A model generated the notes under the pieces. That model was not told the origin of the DNA and did no database searches. It saw nothing but the letters and a program-made list of their open reading frames with translations. 64,000 nt of DNA from NCBI GenBank assembly GCA_049512075.1, contig JBEKXL010000011.1, forward strand, positions 1 through 64,000, given 5' to 3'. This DNA is from Candidatus Bathyarchaeia archaeon. GTDB lineage: Archaea > Thermoproteota > Bathyarchaeia > Bathyarchaeales > Bathycorpusculaceae. Positions within the stretch are counted from its first letter, which is position 1; each line of letters opens with the position of its first letter. This document shows, one piece after another, positions 20,856 through 31,443 of the stretch. The translations under genes and the position numbers were made by a program.

Positions 20856-21548
20856 ATGTCCAAAATCAGAAAGTTTGTCGGTTTGGGCATAGTTGTCGTC
20901 ATAACAGGTGCTTTCTTCTGGTTTTCTCCGACAATACTTTCTTATTTTCAGAACTCTTCCAGTTCTTCCCACAATGCTTACACAAGTCTCACGCTTAGAG
21001 ATGCAGACACAATGGGAAGCAACGGAACAACTAAGCTTGACTTTGGAGACACAGAATACAATCTCTATTATAGTTCTTCCTCAGGTCTGCATGTCTCGAC
21101 GTTCATTGATTCTGGTGAAAGCTATACGCCACACATTGGGGATGTGTACAAATATGCTGGAATTGAGATAGACGTGTCCAATGTCACATCAGACCATATT
21201 TCCAGTTACATATTGATCTTGGTTAAACCTACCGTTCAGAACTATATGGCTTCCTTGCATTACACAGAACTGAACATCACTGTGAATCATGATATAGCGG
21301 TAAACATCAGTGGTGGGCTAACAAACGAAATACACCTATACGATTTTTCCTACCAGATCAAGACTATAAGCCATGGGTGGGGTCAAACAGAAAGCACGAA
21401 TTTGGAAATACAAACTGACCAGAACACTACAGACATAAATGTTATCGTTAGCACTATTCCAGAAGCTGTTAAAGTCTTCAACATAGAAATTAGGACCTTC
21501 GCTTTGGAGTCACACTACATGGTTATCTATGTCAAGCCCTTGTACTAG
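20856..21548 (+). CDS. Membrane-anchored hypothetical protein with two related beta domains
   Basis: N-terminal TM helix; repeated endings YILILVKP and YMVIYVKP. Confidence 0.75.
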   Translation: MSKIRKFVGLGIVVVITGAFFWFSPTILSYFQNSSSSSHNAYTSLTLRDADTMGSNGTTKLDFGDTEYNLYYSSSSGLHVSTFIDSGESYTPHIGDVYKYAGIEIDVSNVTSDHISSYILILVKPTVQNYMASLHYTELNITVNHDIAVNISGGLTNEIHLYDFSYQIKTISHGWGQTESTNLEIQTDQNTTDINVIVSTIPEAVKVFNIEIRTFALESHYMVIYVKPLY

Positions 21549-21637
21549 AAGGCTCCAACGAAACTCCGTCACTTTTCTTCAAGACAGAAATCAAATCCGT
21601 ACAGCAACGCAACAGAAGACAATCTAGGGGTTCAAAA

Positions 21638-22180
21638 ATGAGTGAACCAGAAGTCGATGAAAAGCAATATGTTGGAAAAAATGTTGTTATTGTATTAGGA
21701 ACAATAAGCATTGTTCTAATAGCCTGGCTTGGTGGAACAGTTGTTCTTATGTATATTCAAAACACAAATCTGCAAGGTCAAGTGAACAACCTGAACGACA
21801 TGGTCAACCATGAAAAATCTGAGATTTGGCTCAGTAACAAGACGTTCAGCATAAGTCCAAACGAAAATGTCTCTGAGTTGTTCTATACGCCCTATTCAGG
21901 TGACGTTGAGGTTGTGGGTTATATTAAGCCAGCGAATCCGAGTATTTGGGTCAGCCTGACATGGAGCGTGTATTACGGCTATCCACCTGGTGTTTATCTT
22001 TACGCAGTTAGCCCCACTCCCTTCATACACAATGCGAATTATTACTATTTTGATGAAGAATTTCCAGTCGTGTCGTTTGGACAAACGAACAAGTACACCC
22101 CAAACGTGCTAATCAAAATCGGAAACAACTCAACCGATACTGTAACAACAGTAAACGTGACCATAACATTCTACTACTAG
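21638..22180 (+). CDS. Membrane-anchored hypothetical protein ('TITYYY' family paralog)
   Basis: MSE...KNVVIVLGTISIVL...KSEIW...IKIGN...TITFYY; same upstream promoter and downstream terminator as 14694-15212. Confidence 0.8.
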   Translation: MSEPEVDEKQYVGKNVVIVLGTISIVLIAWLGGTVVLMYIQNTNLQGQVNNLNDMVNHEKSEIWLSNKTFSISPNENVSELFYTPYSGDVEVVGYIKPANPSIWVSLTWSVYYGYPPGVYLYAVSPTPFIHNANYYYFDEEFPVVSFGQTNKYTPNVLIKIGNNSTDTVTTVNVTITFYY

Positions 22181-22285
22181 AATCCCCTCTCTTTTTCCAG
22201 TTTAAGCCATGCCACGCGAGAGGCTCTAGCCAAGCTTAAGGAGATTATAGACGGTGAATGTAAATAGGTGCATATCGCGCGCGCC

Positions 22286-22505
22286 AAAACTAGACTGAAG
22301 ATTCTTAAGGCTCTCATTGATTCTTATCGGACGCCCTCAGAGATCGCAAAAACCGTCGGCGTTAACTTCGTGAAAACAAACGAGTCCCTTAAAATCCTCG
22401 AATCGAGGGCATCCTGACCACGCCAAGTTTGACAAACGAATCCGCTACTACAAGTGCAATGAAACGCCTAAAGCAAGAACTGTCAGAACCTAATTGAAGC
22501 TTTTC
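22286..22505 (+). pseudogene. ArsR/winged-HTH regulator pseudogene
   Basis: KTRLKILKALIDSYRTPSEIAKTVGVNFVKTNESLKILE, then frameshifted EGIL..KFDKRIRYYK; no intact start. Confidence 0.7.
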
Positions 22506-22564
22506 AAGAGAGATTGCCCGAGATTGCCAGAATACCAGAAAACGAGAAGTCCGCTAAAAAAAGG

Positions 22565-23884
22565 TTAGGGGTAGTGTTGGTTGTAGTGTTTTGCCAAGAT
22601 GGAAAGGTCTGACAAGCTGACTTTGCCGTCGCCATTTATGTCTGCGTTGGGGTTCCACTTGGCGTCGCCTGGCTTGGTGTTGTAAGCCTTTGCGAGGATA
22701 GATAGATCAGACAGGCCGACTTTAAAGTCGCCGTTGAGGTCGCCCGGAATGGTTACGGCGATTAAGCCGTACGTACAGTTGTTGTTTGACGTGCTTACTT
22801 CGCCCTCAACAGGGTCAGCTACTGACTTTATGGTGTAATTGCCCTCGGCAAATCCAGTGGTGTCCCACGAGCAGACCCCACTCCCAGAACCTACCACAAA
22901 TATGACGTTTAGAAAGGTGCCGATGACACTTGTGTTGGCGTAGACAGTGACATTAAACACCTCAACCTTGCTCCCATTGTTCAGCAGCGTCGTGTTAATG
23001 TAGACCACAGTTCCTTCTCCAACCACGGTTTTCGATGGCGTCACACTCGTAACTGCAATGTCGGGAGGACTCCATGGAGACGTTAGAGGGTAATGATCAA
23101 AACCCGGTATCCCGCCATAATTTTCGCCGTAAACCATGTATTGTGTGTCGTTTATCCCGTCGTGTCCAGGTTGGTCTTGGTTTGGTCCCCACTTCGAATC
23201 AATTATAGTGCAGCCGTTCCAATAGTTTCCTCCAGAAGGATAGCCGTTGTCCCAGAACTCAACATCGGGTAGCATGTAGTCCACAATTGTGTTGTAGAAG
23301 TTGTTGTGGTAGAACCTGTTGTAAGTCAAGCCTTCCATGAAGAAGATCGCGCTATCGGAGATGTTGGTTATGTTGTTCTCAAGGATGGTGTTGTTATGGC
23401 ATGATGCTGTTTCCAGCACGGGCTCGTTTGGATCAGTGTGATTCAGGTAGTCGAAATACAACCCGTGATACCAACTGGAGATTACGTTGTTTCTTATAGT
23501 GTTGAAGGAAGATTGTTCGAACGTGATTCCAGCCGACATATACGAGTATGGGCCGAGGATTGTGAAATTTGCGATGGTTACATAGGATACGTTACTCAGG
23601 TAGAACCATCCTTCGACCACGGCTGTGTGTCTGTATTGACCCATAATCGTCAGATTGCTTTTGTTCACGGTTACGTTCTCAGGATAGTCTCCATCTCGAA
23701 CGATTATTGTGTCATAGGGGTTAGCAGCGTTTACGGCCGCTTGTATCGTCGGGTAATTGTCAGGAACCGTGATCGTTGCAGGAGACGATTTTACGGGCCG
23801 AACGTTAAGTGCCAGAGTTAACGTGCCAAGCATAAGCAGCATCAGTAATATTCCAGAAACTGTTCTCATTTTTCCTTTCTCCAT
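22565..23884 (-). CDS. Secreted beta-helix (NosD/CASH-like) + CARDB + type I dockerin protein
   Basis: TITVPDNYPTIQAAVNAA, YHNNF, WDNGYPSGGNYW, DIAVTSV, GDLNGDFKVGLSDL...ADINGDGKVSLSDL. Confidence 0.9.
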   Translation of the reverse strand: MEKGKMRTVSGILLMLLMLGTLTLALNVRPVKSSPATITVPDNYPTIQAAVNAANPYDTIIVRDGDYPENVTVNKSNLTIMGQYRHTAVVEGWFYLSNVSYVTIANFTILGPYSYMSAGITFEQSSFNTIRNNVISSWYHGLYFDYLNHTDPNEPVLETASCHNNTILENNITNISDSAIFFMEGLTYNRFYHNNFYNTIVDYMLPDVEFWDNGYPSGGNYWNGCTIIDSKWGPNQDQPGHDGINDTQYMVYGENYGGIPGFDHYPLTSPWSPPDIAVTSVTPSKTVVGEGTVVYINTTLLNNGSKVEVFNVTVYANTSVIGTFLNVIFVVGSGSGVCSWDTTGFAEGNYTIKSVADPVEGEVSTSNNNCTYGLIAVTIPGDLNGDFKVGLSDLSILAKAYNTKPGDAKWNPNADINGDGKVSLSDLSILAKHYNQHYP

Positions 23885-24051
23885 TCTTTTCTTTTAGCCA
23901 CCGCCGGACTGAACTGTTCACGATTCCCATGAGCTGAGAAAAACTTGTTCTCCCTTCTCAGTCACAATGGACCCCGCTTGAGGTTAATACCGGCAATAGG
24001 CTTTCCAGAAGAATAATAACAATTGATGTACTAGATAAGACTTGTGAAACA

Positions 24052-24342
24052 ATGCTCTTGCATATGCTAGACAGATCTCCATTTCCTGTACGATTCGATA
24101 CAGCTCCGTGCGCGCTAACAAGACAGAAGAAAGATGAAAACGCGAAGAATAAACCGCTCATAAACTGCATCGTTGAAAATGGCGAGTTCAAAGACGGCTT
24201 CTTTGGAAACCTTACGCTTTGTAACGTTCCAGACAGCTCGCTCAGAGAGTTTATGCGAACAGTCGTTTGGCCTAAATATCCAGGCCGAATAAGCGAAGCA
24301 CTTCAAGACTTGATGAGAAAGGAAGTTCAGAAACAGAAGTAA
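24052..24342 (+). CDS. Small hypothetical protein, possible ribbon-helix-helix-like C-terminus
   Basis: NVPDSSLREFMRTVVWPKYPGRISEALQDLMRKEV; start uncertain. Confidence 0.5.
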   Translation: MLLHMLDRSPFPVRFDTAPCALTRQKKDENAKNKPLINCIVENGEFKDGFFGNLTLCNVPDSSLREFMRTVVWPKYPGRISEALQDLMRKEVQKQK

Positions 24343-24422
24343 TTGGATGCGTTCTGAGCGCGCGCGTTTTCAAAAGTCTTAAATGGAGTTTCACGTTAAG
24401 TGAACCTGAGGTTGTTTATGAA

Positions 24423-25205
24423 TTGATCAGTGGAAAGCCGCAGACGGAACTTTCGGTTGAAAGAACCGTCAGCGAAACGTTCGACCTCTACTTCAAGAAT
24501 TTTGCGACGCTTTTTATACCGATGCTCATTGCGTACTTGATATCGGGGGGAATAGGAGCCGCACTGGCACGTTTCTATACTTCGAGCATTCCTCCAGTGC
24601 CAACGACAGGAGTATTGGAAGACGTGACTAACTGGATTAGTAAGTACTTGTCAACGCTGATCGCAGTAGCGTTGGTGGCGGGACTGATAGGTTGGATAAT
24701 AGACGTGATAGCATATGGCACAGTCATCAAATGTTCGTCAGAGCTAATTGAGAACAACAGAACAAGCTTGAAGGGCGCAGTGCGATTCACGGCTCGCAAG
24801 CTTCCGTCACTGTTGGCTGGGGCAATCTTGCTTGCCATAATGATTGGGGCAGGACTAATTGCTGTGATAATACCCGGAATAATACTGGGCTTAATGTTCT
24901 CACTGACGGTCTCAGCTATCATGATTGAGAACGTGGGCGCGATCGACGGATTGTCCAGAAGCAGAAAGCTGGTGAGTCACAGATGGCTCAAGACATTCGC
25001 CATACTTCTCATAATGGGAATAATAGTGATCGTGGTCTCAGGGATTGCCAATCTAATCGCGAGTCCTTTTGGAGGCTACGGTTGGGTTTTGAGCAGCATA
25101 ATAACAGCCTTCATAGCACCCATACTGCCAATAACTCTAACAGTCCACTACTACTCAATGCGCGCAAAAGAACAACCAGCAGCACCAACACAGGCTTTAT
25201 CGTAA
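24423..25205 (+). CDS. Multi-pass membrane protein
   Basis: About 6 TM helices; IIPGII...IENVGAIDGLSRSRKLV pattern. Confidence 0.85.
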   Translation: MISGKPQTELSVERTVSETFDLYFKNFATLFIPMLIAYLISGGIGAALARFYTSSIPPVPTTGVLEDVTNWISKYLSTLIAVALVAGLIGWIIDVIAYGTVIKCSSELIENNRTSLKGAVRFTARKLPSLLAGAILLAIMIGAGLIAVIIPGIILGLMFSLTVSAIMIENVGAIDGLSRSRKLVSHRWLKTFAILLIMGIIVIVVSGIANLIASPFGGYGWVLSSIITAFIAPILPITLTVHYYSMRAKEQPAAPTQALS

Positions 25206-25379
25206 GACACTGGTGAGGCTACCTGACAGGCTAACCCATCACGCACGACCAACACTCATCAAGCCCCAGTCTTTTCAAACCCCAGCAGACTGAATCTCAG
25301 ACGCTTTTTTTCTTGCACGGCGAAGAAAAGACCATTTCACAACATAGTGGCTGGCGCTTGTCCGCAATCCTGATTGTTG

Positions 25380-25889
25380 TTATTCTATTTCTTTGGTTTT
25401 GGGGAAGAGTTCCTTTATCTTCTTCCTGAATTTGTTTTCAAAGTCGAGGGCTTCCATCGTGTTGGTTATCTCATCCATGTCCTCGTCGGAGAAGCTTTTG
25501 GCGGGCTTTCCGGTTAGTTCGTCGAGTGCGAGCCCGCAGGAGTATATCATGGTGCCTTCTTCTGACGGCGAAATCACCACGTGCACGCCTGATCGTTGTG
25601 CAGCTTTGACGTACTGTTGTATGCTGAAGGGGGATAGCAGGGTTCTCAAGGTCAAGGGCACGAGCGCGCCTTCTCCGGCGAGCACTGTTGTACTTCCCTC
25701 TTTGGTTCTTTCGGTTTTCATCACCTTCAAACCCATTTCCTTGAAGGCTTTCTGGCAGGCCAAAGCCACGTCATCGACCTTGGCATCTGGAACAACAAGT
25801 TTCGTTTCCAGACACACAGCTTCATGACTCATTTGAGAGAGCACCACACTCAATGGGCTCTCCCCCTTCTTATTACGTTTTCTAGACAT
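25380..25889 (-). CDS. Hypothetical protein
   Basis: Plausible globular composition; start may be 25832. Confidence 0.65.
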   Translation of the reverse strand: MSRKRNKKGESPLSVVLSQMSHEAVCLETKLVVPDAKVDDVALACQKAFKEMGLKVMKTERTKEGSTTVLAGEGALVPLTLRTLLSPFSIQQYVKAAQRSGVHVVISPSEEGTMIYSCGLALDELTGKPAKSFSDEDMDEITNTMEALDFENKFRKKIKELFPKTKEIE

Positions 25890-25972
25890 CGGCGCCTGAC
25901 GCGATGGCTTTTTGGCATGTCCTTTCCGTTATGGTGATTGAAACGCGTGCTAACGTCTTACAGCCTTTCCCG

Positions 25973-26584
25973 TCATCCTTCAATCTTGTCATTCTTACCG
26001 ATGTAATCCTTAGCTTTGTCTCCTAGTGTTCGCTTCAGCAGATCCAGTCTAGTGTTTAGGTATTCGTCTCTCAGAATGTCAAAGTAATAGCTGTCCCATT
26101 TGCGGCCGTTCACGAAAACTGTCTGTCTTACGGCTCCGCCCTTCTTGAAGCCGCAGGCTTCCAAAGCGTTGTGAGCGCGACGATTGTACTCGACGCTCCA
26201 CGCTTGGCACCGTTCAGCGTTAATCTGGTTAAACGCCATCTCCAGCAGCCCGACGGTTATCTCTCGTCCCAGACCTTTTCCCCAGAGTTCCTTCTTTCCA
26301 ATGTAGGTTCCGATGTCCGCAGTCTTGACGTTGCCCCAGTCCTGCCTCTGCAGACGCGCGATGCCAATAGCCTCCTTAGAGTCAATGAGCTCAAGGATGA
26401 AATGCAGCTCCTTCTCGTCCTTCATCCAATCCTCATACTGCTTCTCCAGCTGAGCCAAACTAACAAAATTCAGAGGCCTACTCCGGGAATACATAATCAG
26501 CTCAGAATCATTCTCCCATCCGTGCAACAACCCCAAATCCTCCCTCTCCAAAGCCCTAAACCTCACTCTTCCAAATTCGAACAC
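25973..26584 (-). CDS. GNAT family N-acetyltransferase (RimJ/RimL-like)
   Basis: VRFRALEREDL, WGKGLGRE, YNRRAHNALEACGFKKGG. Confidence 0.9.
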   Translation of the reverse strand: MFEFGRVRFRALEREDLGLLHGWENDSELIMYSRSRPLNFVSLAQLEKQYEDWMKDEKELHFILELIDSKEAIGIARLQRQDWGNVKTADIGTYIGKKELWGKGLGREITVGLLEMAFNQINAERCQAWSVEYNRRAHNALEACGFKKGGAVRQTVFVNGRKWDSYYFDILRDEYLNTRLDLLKRTLGDKAKDYIGKNDKIEG

Positions 26585-26742
26585 GCAACCTCACCGCCCA
26601 AAACCCCTAAACAAACAACCATATAACCCTTAGCAACACAATACAAGAAAACAGCCAATTGAGCCTCGGCGTGCGCATTACGACTTGTTACCTTTTACCA
26701 TTCTTTCAACATTGCTCAAAAGTGCGTAGCGCGCGCTAATTT

Positions 26743-27465
26743 TTGCTCCTGATATATATCGGAACTCGAAATAATGTATTAAATATTACGACACCATATT
26801 GTGTGTCTAACAATCTCTTGGACGACGGGGGAATCTGTTTGACCAGGAAAGGGTTGTATGTATGGTTCTTCAGTTCGATGACGTTCATGTCGTTACTCCA
26901 TATGACCGATGCGATTTCCGTTGTGTTCTTCAATAGCCAACCGCATCTACTTCAACTATACCCATATATTGGACAACAACTCCAGTCGGCGCCTCCAACA
27001 ATATATCTGTTGGCTAGCGCTCTTTCGACCCTTGTATTTTGGGGGTTAACCTGCACAGTAGCCTTCGACAGCCCAGTTGAACAGTTCTTGAAAAGAGTGC
27101 TCTCGGACGCGAAAAGTCAGTCCGCGGTTGAAGCGCAAACGGTTACGGAGAAGAGCGAGATACTTGATGCGATGTACGAGACATTAGAAGCAAGCCAACA
27201 GACTCTATCACAAGTTGTGGACATAGTTCACAACGTGAGGACGGAAGTGAAAGGCATACAACCGTTATCGATGACCGTTGAGAACATTGAGGCCGAAATG
27301 GGCAAACTGAAGAAAGAAGTCAGAAGAATCGAAGAAAAAGGAAAACTCCCAATATTGTGCGCAACTTGTGGAAAACCAGTGTCACTGGAATTCAGACTAT
27401 GCCCATTCTGCGGCGAGACTATCAAGCTGACAAGCGACATCGCAGCCGCCAAAGCCTACAGGTGA
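26743..27465 (+). CDS. Membrane protein with coiled coil and C-terminal zinc ribbon
   Basis: Two TM helices, heptads, CATCGK...CPFCG; true start probably near 26838. Confidence 0.75.
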   Translation: MLLIYIGTRNNVLNITTPYCVSNNLLDDGGICLTRKGLYVWFFSSMTFMSLLHMTDAISVVFFNSQPHLLQLYPYIGQQLQSAPPTIYLLASALSTLVFWGLTCTVAFDSPVEQFLKRVLSDAKSQSAVEAQTVTEKSEILDAMYETLEASQQTLSQVVDIVHNVRTEVKGIQPLSMTVENIEAEMGKLKKEVRRIEEKGKLPILCATCGKPVSLEFRLCPFCGETIKLTSDIAAAKAYR

Positions 27466-27693
27466 TCGCAGGCAAAACCCTCAAGGAGGCAAAAAAGCCC
27501 GCTTGAGACCATGGAAACGTCTTCCGCGCGCGCCATCATGCGAATGTTTTTCTGTGAACTTATGTTGGGCCTTGCGAGAAAGCGACGTTTCCTGAGGTTC
27601 AATGTTCTGTAGTCGTCTTTCTTCACTTTTGCTGTGCGTTTTCTACTTTTTTCGCGACGAGTTCGCCCACCAGCGCTGCATTCGCTTTGCCTC

Positions 27694-27905
27694 GGACTTC
27701 TTCCATAGCGCGCATGCGTGTTCCTAAATTGGTCTAAAATGGTTTTTATTCGTCTTTCTTAAGTCGAGGGCAGTTTGGGGTTCATATCTGTCCTTGATTC
27801 CTACGAGTACCTGTCTACTCTGAACACAGCAGAAACAACCAAAACGGAATTAAAACCATTTTTAACCATTTTCGGAACAGGCATGCGCGCTACAGGAAAT
27901 AGTCC
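27694..27905. repeat. About 60-bp imperfect inverted repeat (27694-27757 / 27841-27905), MITE- or cruciform-like
   Basis: Left TAGCGCGCATGCGTGTTCCTAAATTGGTCTAAAATGGTTTTTATTCG versus reverse complement of right TAGCGCGCATGCCTGTTCCGAAAATGGTTAAAAATGGTTTTAATTCC. Confidence 0.85.
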
Positions 27906-28551
27906 ATGCTGTTTCAGGAAAAGATGCTCATTTCTTTGAGAAGAAGTCTTAAGTTTGAAAAGGTCACAGAACACGGAAAATTGATGTTGCGTCCATTGTC
28001 TTTTTGGAAATAGGGAAAAAGCTGAATTGTTGCCTATTGTTACCACAAAATTGTTACCTTTTCCCATCATTTTCCGCTGTTTGCTGTAATGCGCGCGCTA
28101 TCACAAGTTAGGCACCCCGAAGCAAGGGCTCTTCTGAAATGCTCACGAATCTCTCTAGATTGACCATGCAAAGCTCCCCGCACCCGTCGGAGTGAAAAAG
28201 CATGACGCAAGGTCAGTCTTGCCTTGTGAAGATGCACGGCTCGTTAGGTGTTGGGCACTCCAATGCGGGATGGTACAGACACTTTCTTTTATTGACTTGA
28301 TCTTTGACATGACTATTCAGAAACGATTTTTCACCGTATACTTTGGTCATGAATTGGCTCCACCAAAACTTTGCTTCAGTCCTGCCTCTTCCAAAGAGTG
28401 TTCGATGAACGGTTTATTGATTTCCCTTCGTTCTTTCCAAATGTCAAAGCTACACCCGTTAATGTTGAAAGCAGGCACGTGCGATGCGAACCGAAAGCTT
28501 TTATTGAAGTTTAAAACTTACTTTGCCCATACCGCTTGAAGATGATGCTTC

Positions 28552-29346
28552 ATGAGTTTGCAGAAAGGCAATTTCATACTGGTGGACTACGTCGCCAAAG
28601 TCAAGGAGACTGGTGAAGTCTTCGATACAACCCTTGAAGAAACAGCCAAGAAGGAACACATGTACAAGGAAGGCGACACCTACGAGCCCAAGCTGGTGGT
28701 CATCGGCGAGGGATGGGTCATCAAGGCTCTGGATGAAAACCTGACAACGATGGAAGTAGACAAGGCTGCTGTGGTAGAAATTCCGCCTGACAAAGCCTTT
28801 GGCCCCAGAGACCCAGAAAAGGTCAAACGGGTCCCGCTTAGGCAGCTACTGGCCAAAGACATCACGCCAACGCTGGGAAAGCGCGTCGAATACGGCGGCA
28901 AAACGGCCACGGTCCGAGCCATAGGAGCTGGGCGAGTTCTCCTCGACTTCAACCCCCCACTCGCGGGAAAAACACTCGTCTACGACACGACCGTCAAGAA
29001 GAAACTCGAAACAGTGAATGAGAAAATAGCCGCGCTAATTCACCGTCGAATACCCGCCGTCGAGCAAGGCAAGTTCCAATTCACCGTGAAGCCAAAAACC
29101 GTGAACATCGAGATGCCAGAAGAAGCCTTCTATCTGGAAGGAGTTCAGCTTGCAAAAAGAGGCATAGCCACGGACATTCACAGATTCCTCGAAGGAATAA
29201 CAACAGTCAAGTTTGCTGAAACCTTCAAGGCTGAACCCAAAAAAACCGAGGCCAAGCCTGAAAAAGAGCCTGAAAAAGAGCCTGAAAAAGAGCCTGAAAA
29301 GGAACAGAAAACAGAGCAGGCGGCCGAAGCCGAAGTCAAGACCTAG
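28552..29346 (+). CDS. Long-type archaeal FKBP peptidyl-prolyl isomerase
   Basis: GEVFDTT, EIPPDKAFG, DFNPPLAGKTL. Confidence 0.93.
   Translation: MSLQKGNFILVDYVAKVKETGEVFDTTLEETAKKEHMYKEGDTYEPKLVVIGEGWVIKALDENLTTMEVDKAAVVEIPPDKAFGPRDPEKVKRVPLRQLLAKDITPTLGKRVEYGGKTATVRAIGAGRVLLDFNPPLAGKTLVYDTTVKKKLETVNEKIAALIHRRIPAVEQGKFQFTVKPKTVNIEMPEEAFYLEGVQLAKRGIATDIHRFLEGITTVKFAETFKAEPKKTEAKPEKEPEKEPEKEPEKEQKTEQAAEAEVKT
29257..29304 (+). repeat. 12-bp tandem repeat CCTGAAAAAGAG x4 (PEKE tail of FKBP)
   Basis: Three perfect copies plus one imperfect copy. Confidence 0.9.
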
Positions 29347-29390
29347 CTCTTCGCAAGCAATATGAAGGGAACGCGTGCAACTTCAGTTTT

Positions 29391-30458
29391 CTAGATGACC
29401 TCGGTCACTTTTGCCAAGTGTTCGTAGGACTCGCGTCTCAGATTCAGCTTGTTCAGAATCGTGTATCTCTCAGGTCTCATGGACGTAGCCATCTTCAAAG
29501 CTTTAATCACGTCTTCCTTCTCCACGCCGAGCCCCCGCGCGTTGGTAGGCGCCCCGAGCTTCTTCAAAGCGTCTCGTAAATGCTTCCAATTTCCCCCGTG
29601 CAGGTATGTCATCATTATCGTCCCCACACCGCATCTCTCACCATGCATTCCGTGATTAGGCCTAATCACGTCAAGCGCATGGCTGAACAGGTGTTCCGAA
29701 CCGCTGCAAGGGCGACTGCTCCCAGCTATGCTCATCGACACCCCACAGCTTATCAACGCCTCCAACAGGATCCGCAAGCCTTCCTCGTTCCCAGCCCTCA
29801 TTAAACTCGCGTTCTGCATGACGTGCTTCGCACTCATCAAAGCCAGGCTTGCAGCATATCCTCCGAAATACTCGTTTTTGTCCTCATGCGCCAGCTTCCA
29901 GTCTTTCACCGCCGTGAACTTTGCGATGACGTCTTCACAACCGCTCACAGCGAAACGCCAAGGAGCCTGCATTATTATCTTCGTGTCCGCCACGATAGCC
30001 AACGGTGCCTGAGCCAGAACCGAGTACGGCTTCTCGTAACCTTTGATGGAAGACAGGGGACTCGCGATTCCGTCGTGAGAAGCCGTCGTGGGAACACTGA
30101 TGAAGGGAATACCCTGATTGGCAGAGCTGCACTTGGCAACGTCAATCTTGGTCCCGCCACCCACGGCAAACACGATCTGCGGCTTCAACGCCTCGATTCT
30201 CTGTTCAACAGCCTTCACGTCGCTCGCACTTGCACACTCAACGAGGAAAGTCTTAACAGTCATTCCTTCCTTTTTCTCGAGAAGCTCCTTCACCCTCTTG
30301 CCAGCGACGTTGAAAGTCTTCGAACCTGCAATGATGAGCGCAGACTCTGCAAAACCCAGACGTCGCGAGATCTCTCCTATGCGCTCTATCGCCCCGTGTC
30401 CAACGATGACCTCTCTCGGAAACTGCATTCGATGATGTTTAAGGGGCACAACAATCAC
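29391..30458 (-). CDS. egsA: sn-glycerol-1-phosphate dehydrogenase
   Basis: GGGTKIDVAK, PTTASHDGIAS, GSSRPCSGSEHLFSHALD, HGERCG. Confidence 0.96.
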   Translation of the reverse strand: MIVVPLKHHRMQFPREVIVGHGAIERIGEISRRLGFAESALIIAGSKTFNVAGKRVKELLEKKEGMTVKTFLVECASASDVKAVEQRIEALKPQIVFAVGGGTKIDVAKCSSANQGIPFISVPTTASHDGIASPLSSIKGYEKPYSVLAQAPLAIVADTKIIMQAPWRFAVSGCEDVIAKFTAVKDWKLAHEDKNEYFGGYAASLALMSAKHVMQNASLMRAGNEEGLRILLEALISCGVSMSIAGSSRPCSGSEHLFSHALDVIRPNHGMHGERCGVGTIMMTYLHGGNWKHLRDALKKLGAPTNARGLGVEKEDVIKALKMATSMRPERYTILNKLNLRRESYEHLAKVTEVI

Positions 30459-30674
30459 GGCTTAATCGCGTATCAGCAACTGTTTTCATAGCGATTTGCA
30501 TTTAAACCTTAAAAAGGCTTCTCATAGAAGCACAAGCCCCCAACTTTGTCCCAAACAGTGTCTAACAAAACCAGATGTTCTCAAACCGGCTCAAACCATC
30601 ATCGGCCGGCCCAGACCCTCGACACGCAGAAAGCAAGTTTGAGAAGAGGTGAGAGATAAATACGTGGTTAAACA

Positions 30675-31205
30675 ATGTTCGAGACAGAGGGAAACAAGTT
30701 GCCGTCTTGTAGAAACTGTGGAAACGAGTTGTCCGAAGGAGCACTCTACTGTCCGAAATGCGGAACTCCAGTGCAGGCGGCACCGCAGCTCAGGCTGGCC
30801 TTCTGGGGGGAAAGGTTCTTGGCATGGTTGGTAGACGTTGTTGTTCTGGGCATCGTCATGGCACCGATAAGCCTTCTCACTTGGCTAGGGTGGTCTGGCT
30901 TCGCCATCGTACCGCGCTTTCCGTTTTGGATTCCATTCGTCAACTTCGGACTCAGCAACGTCGTATATTTACTGTACTGGATGTTGATGGAGGGAATCTA
31001 CGGGCGATCGTTGGGCAAAATGCTCATGAGACTAAAAGTCACGCGGTTGGACGGTGAACCAATCGACATGGCACAGGCAGCCTTAGAAAGCGTTGGAAAG
31101 GCTTTCTTGCTTCCGCTAGACCTTATTCTAGGATGGATTCTTCATCCAAGAAAGAGACAGAGAATATTCAACTTCCTGTCAGGAACTATCGTCGTGAGGG
31201 CCTGA
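30675..31205 (+). CDS. RDD family membrane protein with N-terminal zinc ribbon
   Basis: CRNCG...CPKCG; RFLAWLVD; GRSLGKMLMRLKV; RQRIF. Confidence 0.9.
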   Translation: MFETEGNKLPSCRNCGNELSEGALYCPKCGTPVQAAPQLRLAFWGERFLAWLVDVVVLGIVMAPISLLTWLGWSGFAIVPRFPFWIPFVNFGLSNVVYLLYWMLMEGIYGRSLGKMLMRLKVTRLDGEPIDMAQAALESVGKAFLLPLDLILGWILHPRKRQRIFNFLSGTIVVRA

Positions 31206-31443
31206 GAACGCGCGATGGAGTCTTGGCTCTGACTTGCAGGCTGAAAAGATGACAGGTTGCACGCAGAAAACCTGCTCATGCCTTGCAGGCGCTTCTCAAG
31301 CTCGGCGGTTTTTGTTACCGATGGTTTTTGTTGTTTCTGTGTTTTGTGAGCACAATGTTAATTAACACCTTGATCATGATTAGATGATGCTACTTCCTTG
31401 CGAAGTAATTTGTCCGCATTTAGGTTTTGGGAGAAGATTGAAA

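Noticed and set aside
27801-28539. ORFs 27801-28070 and 28192-28539
   Set aside because: No protein-like features; the first overlaps the inverted repeat
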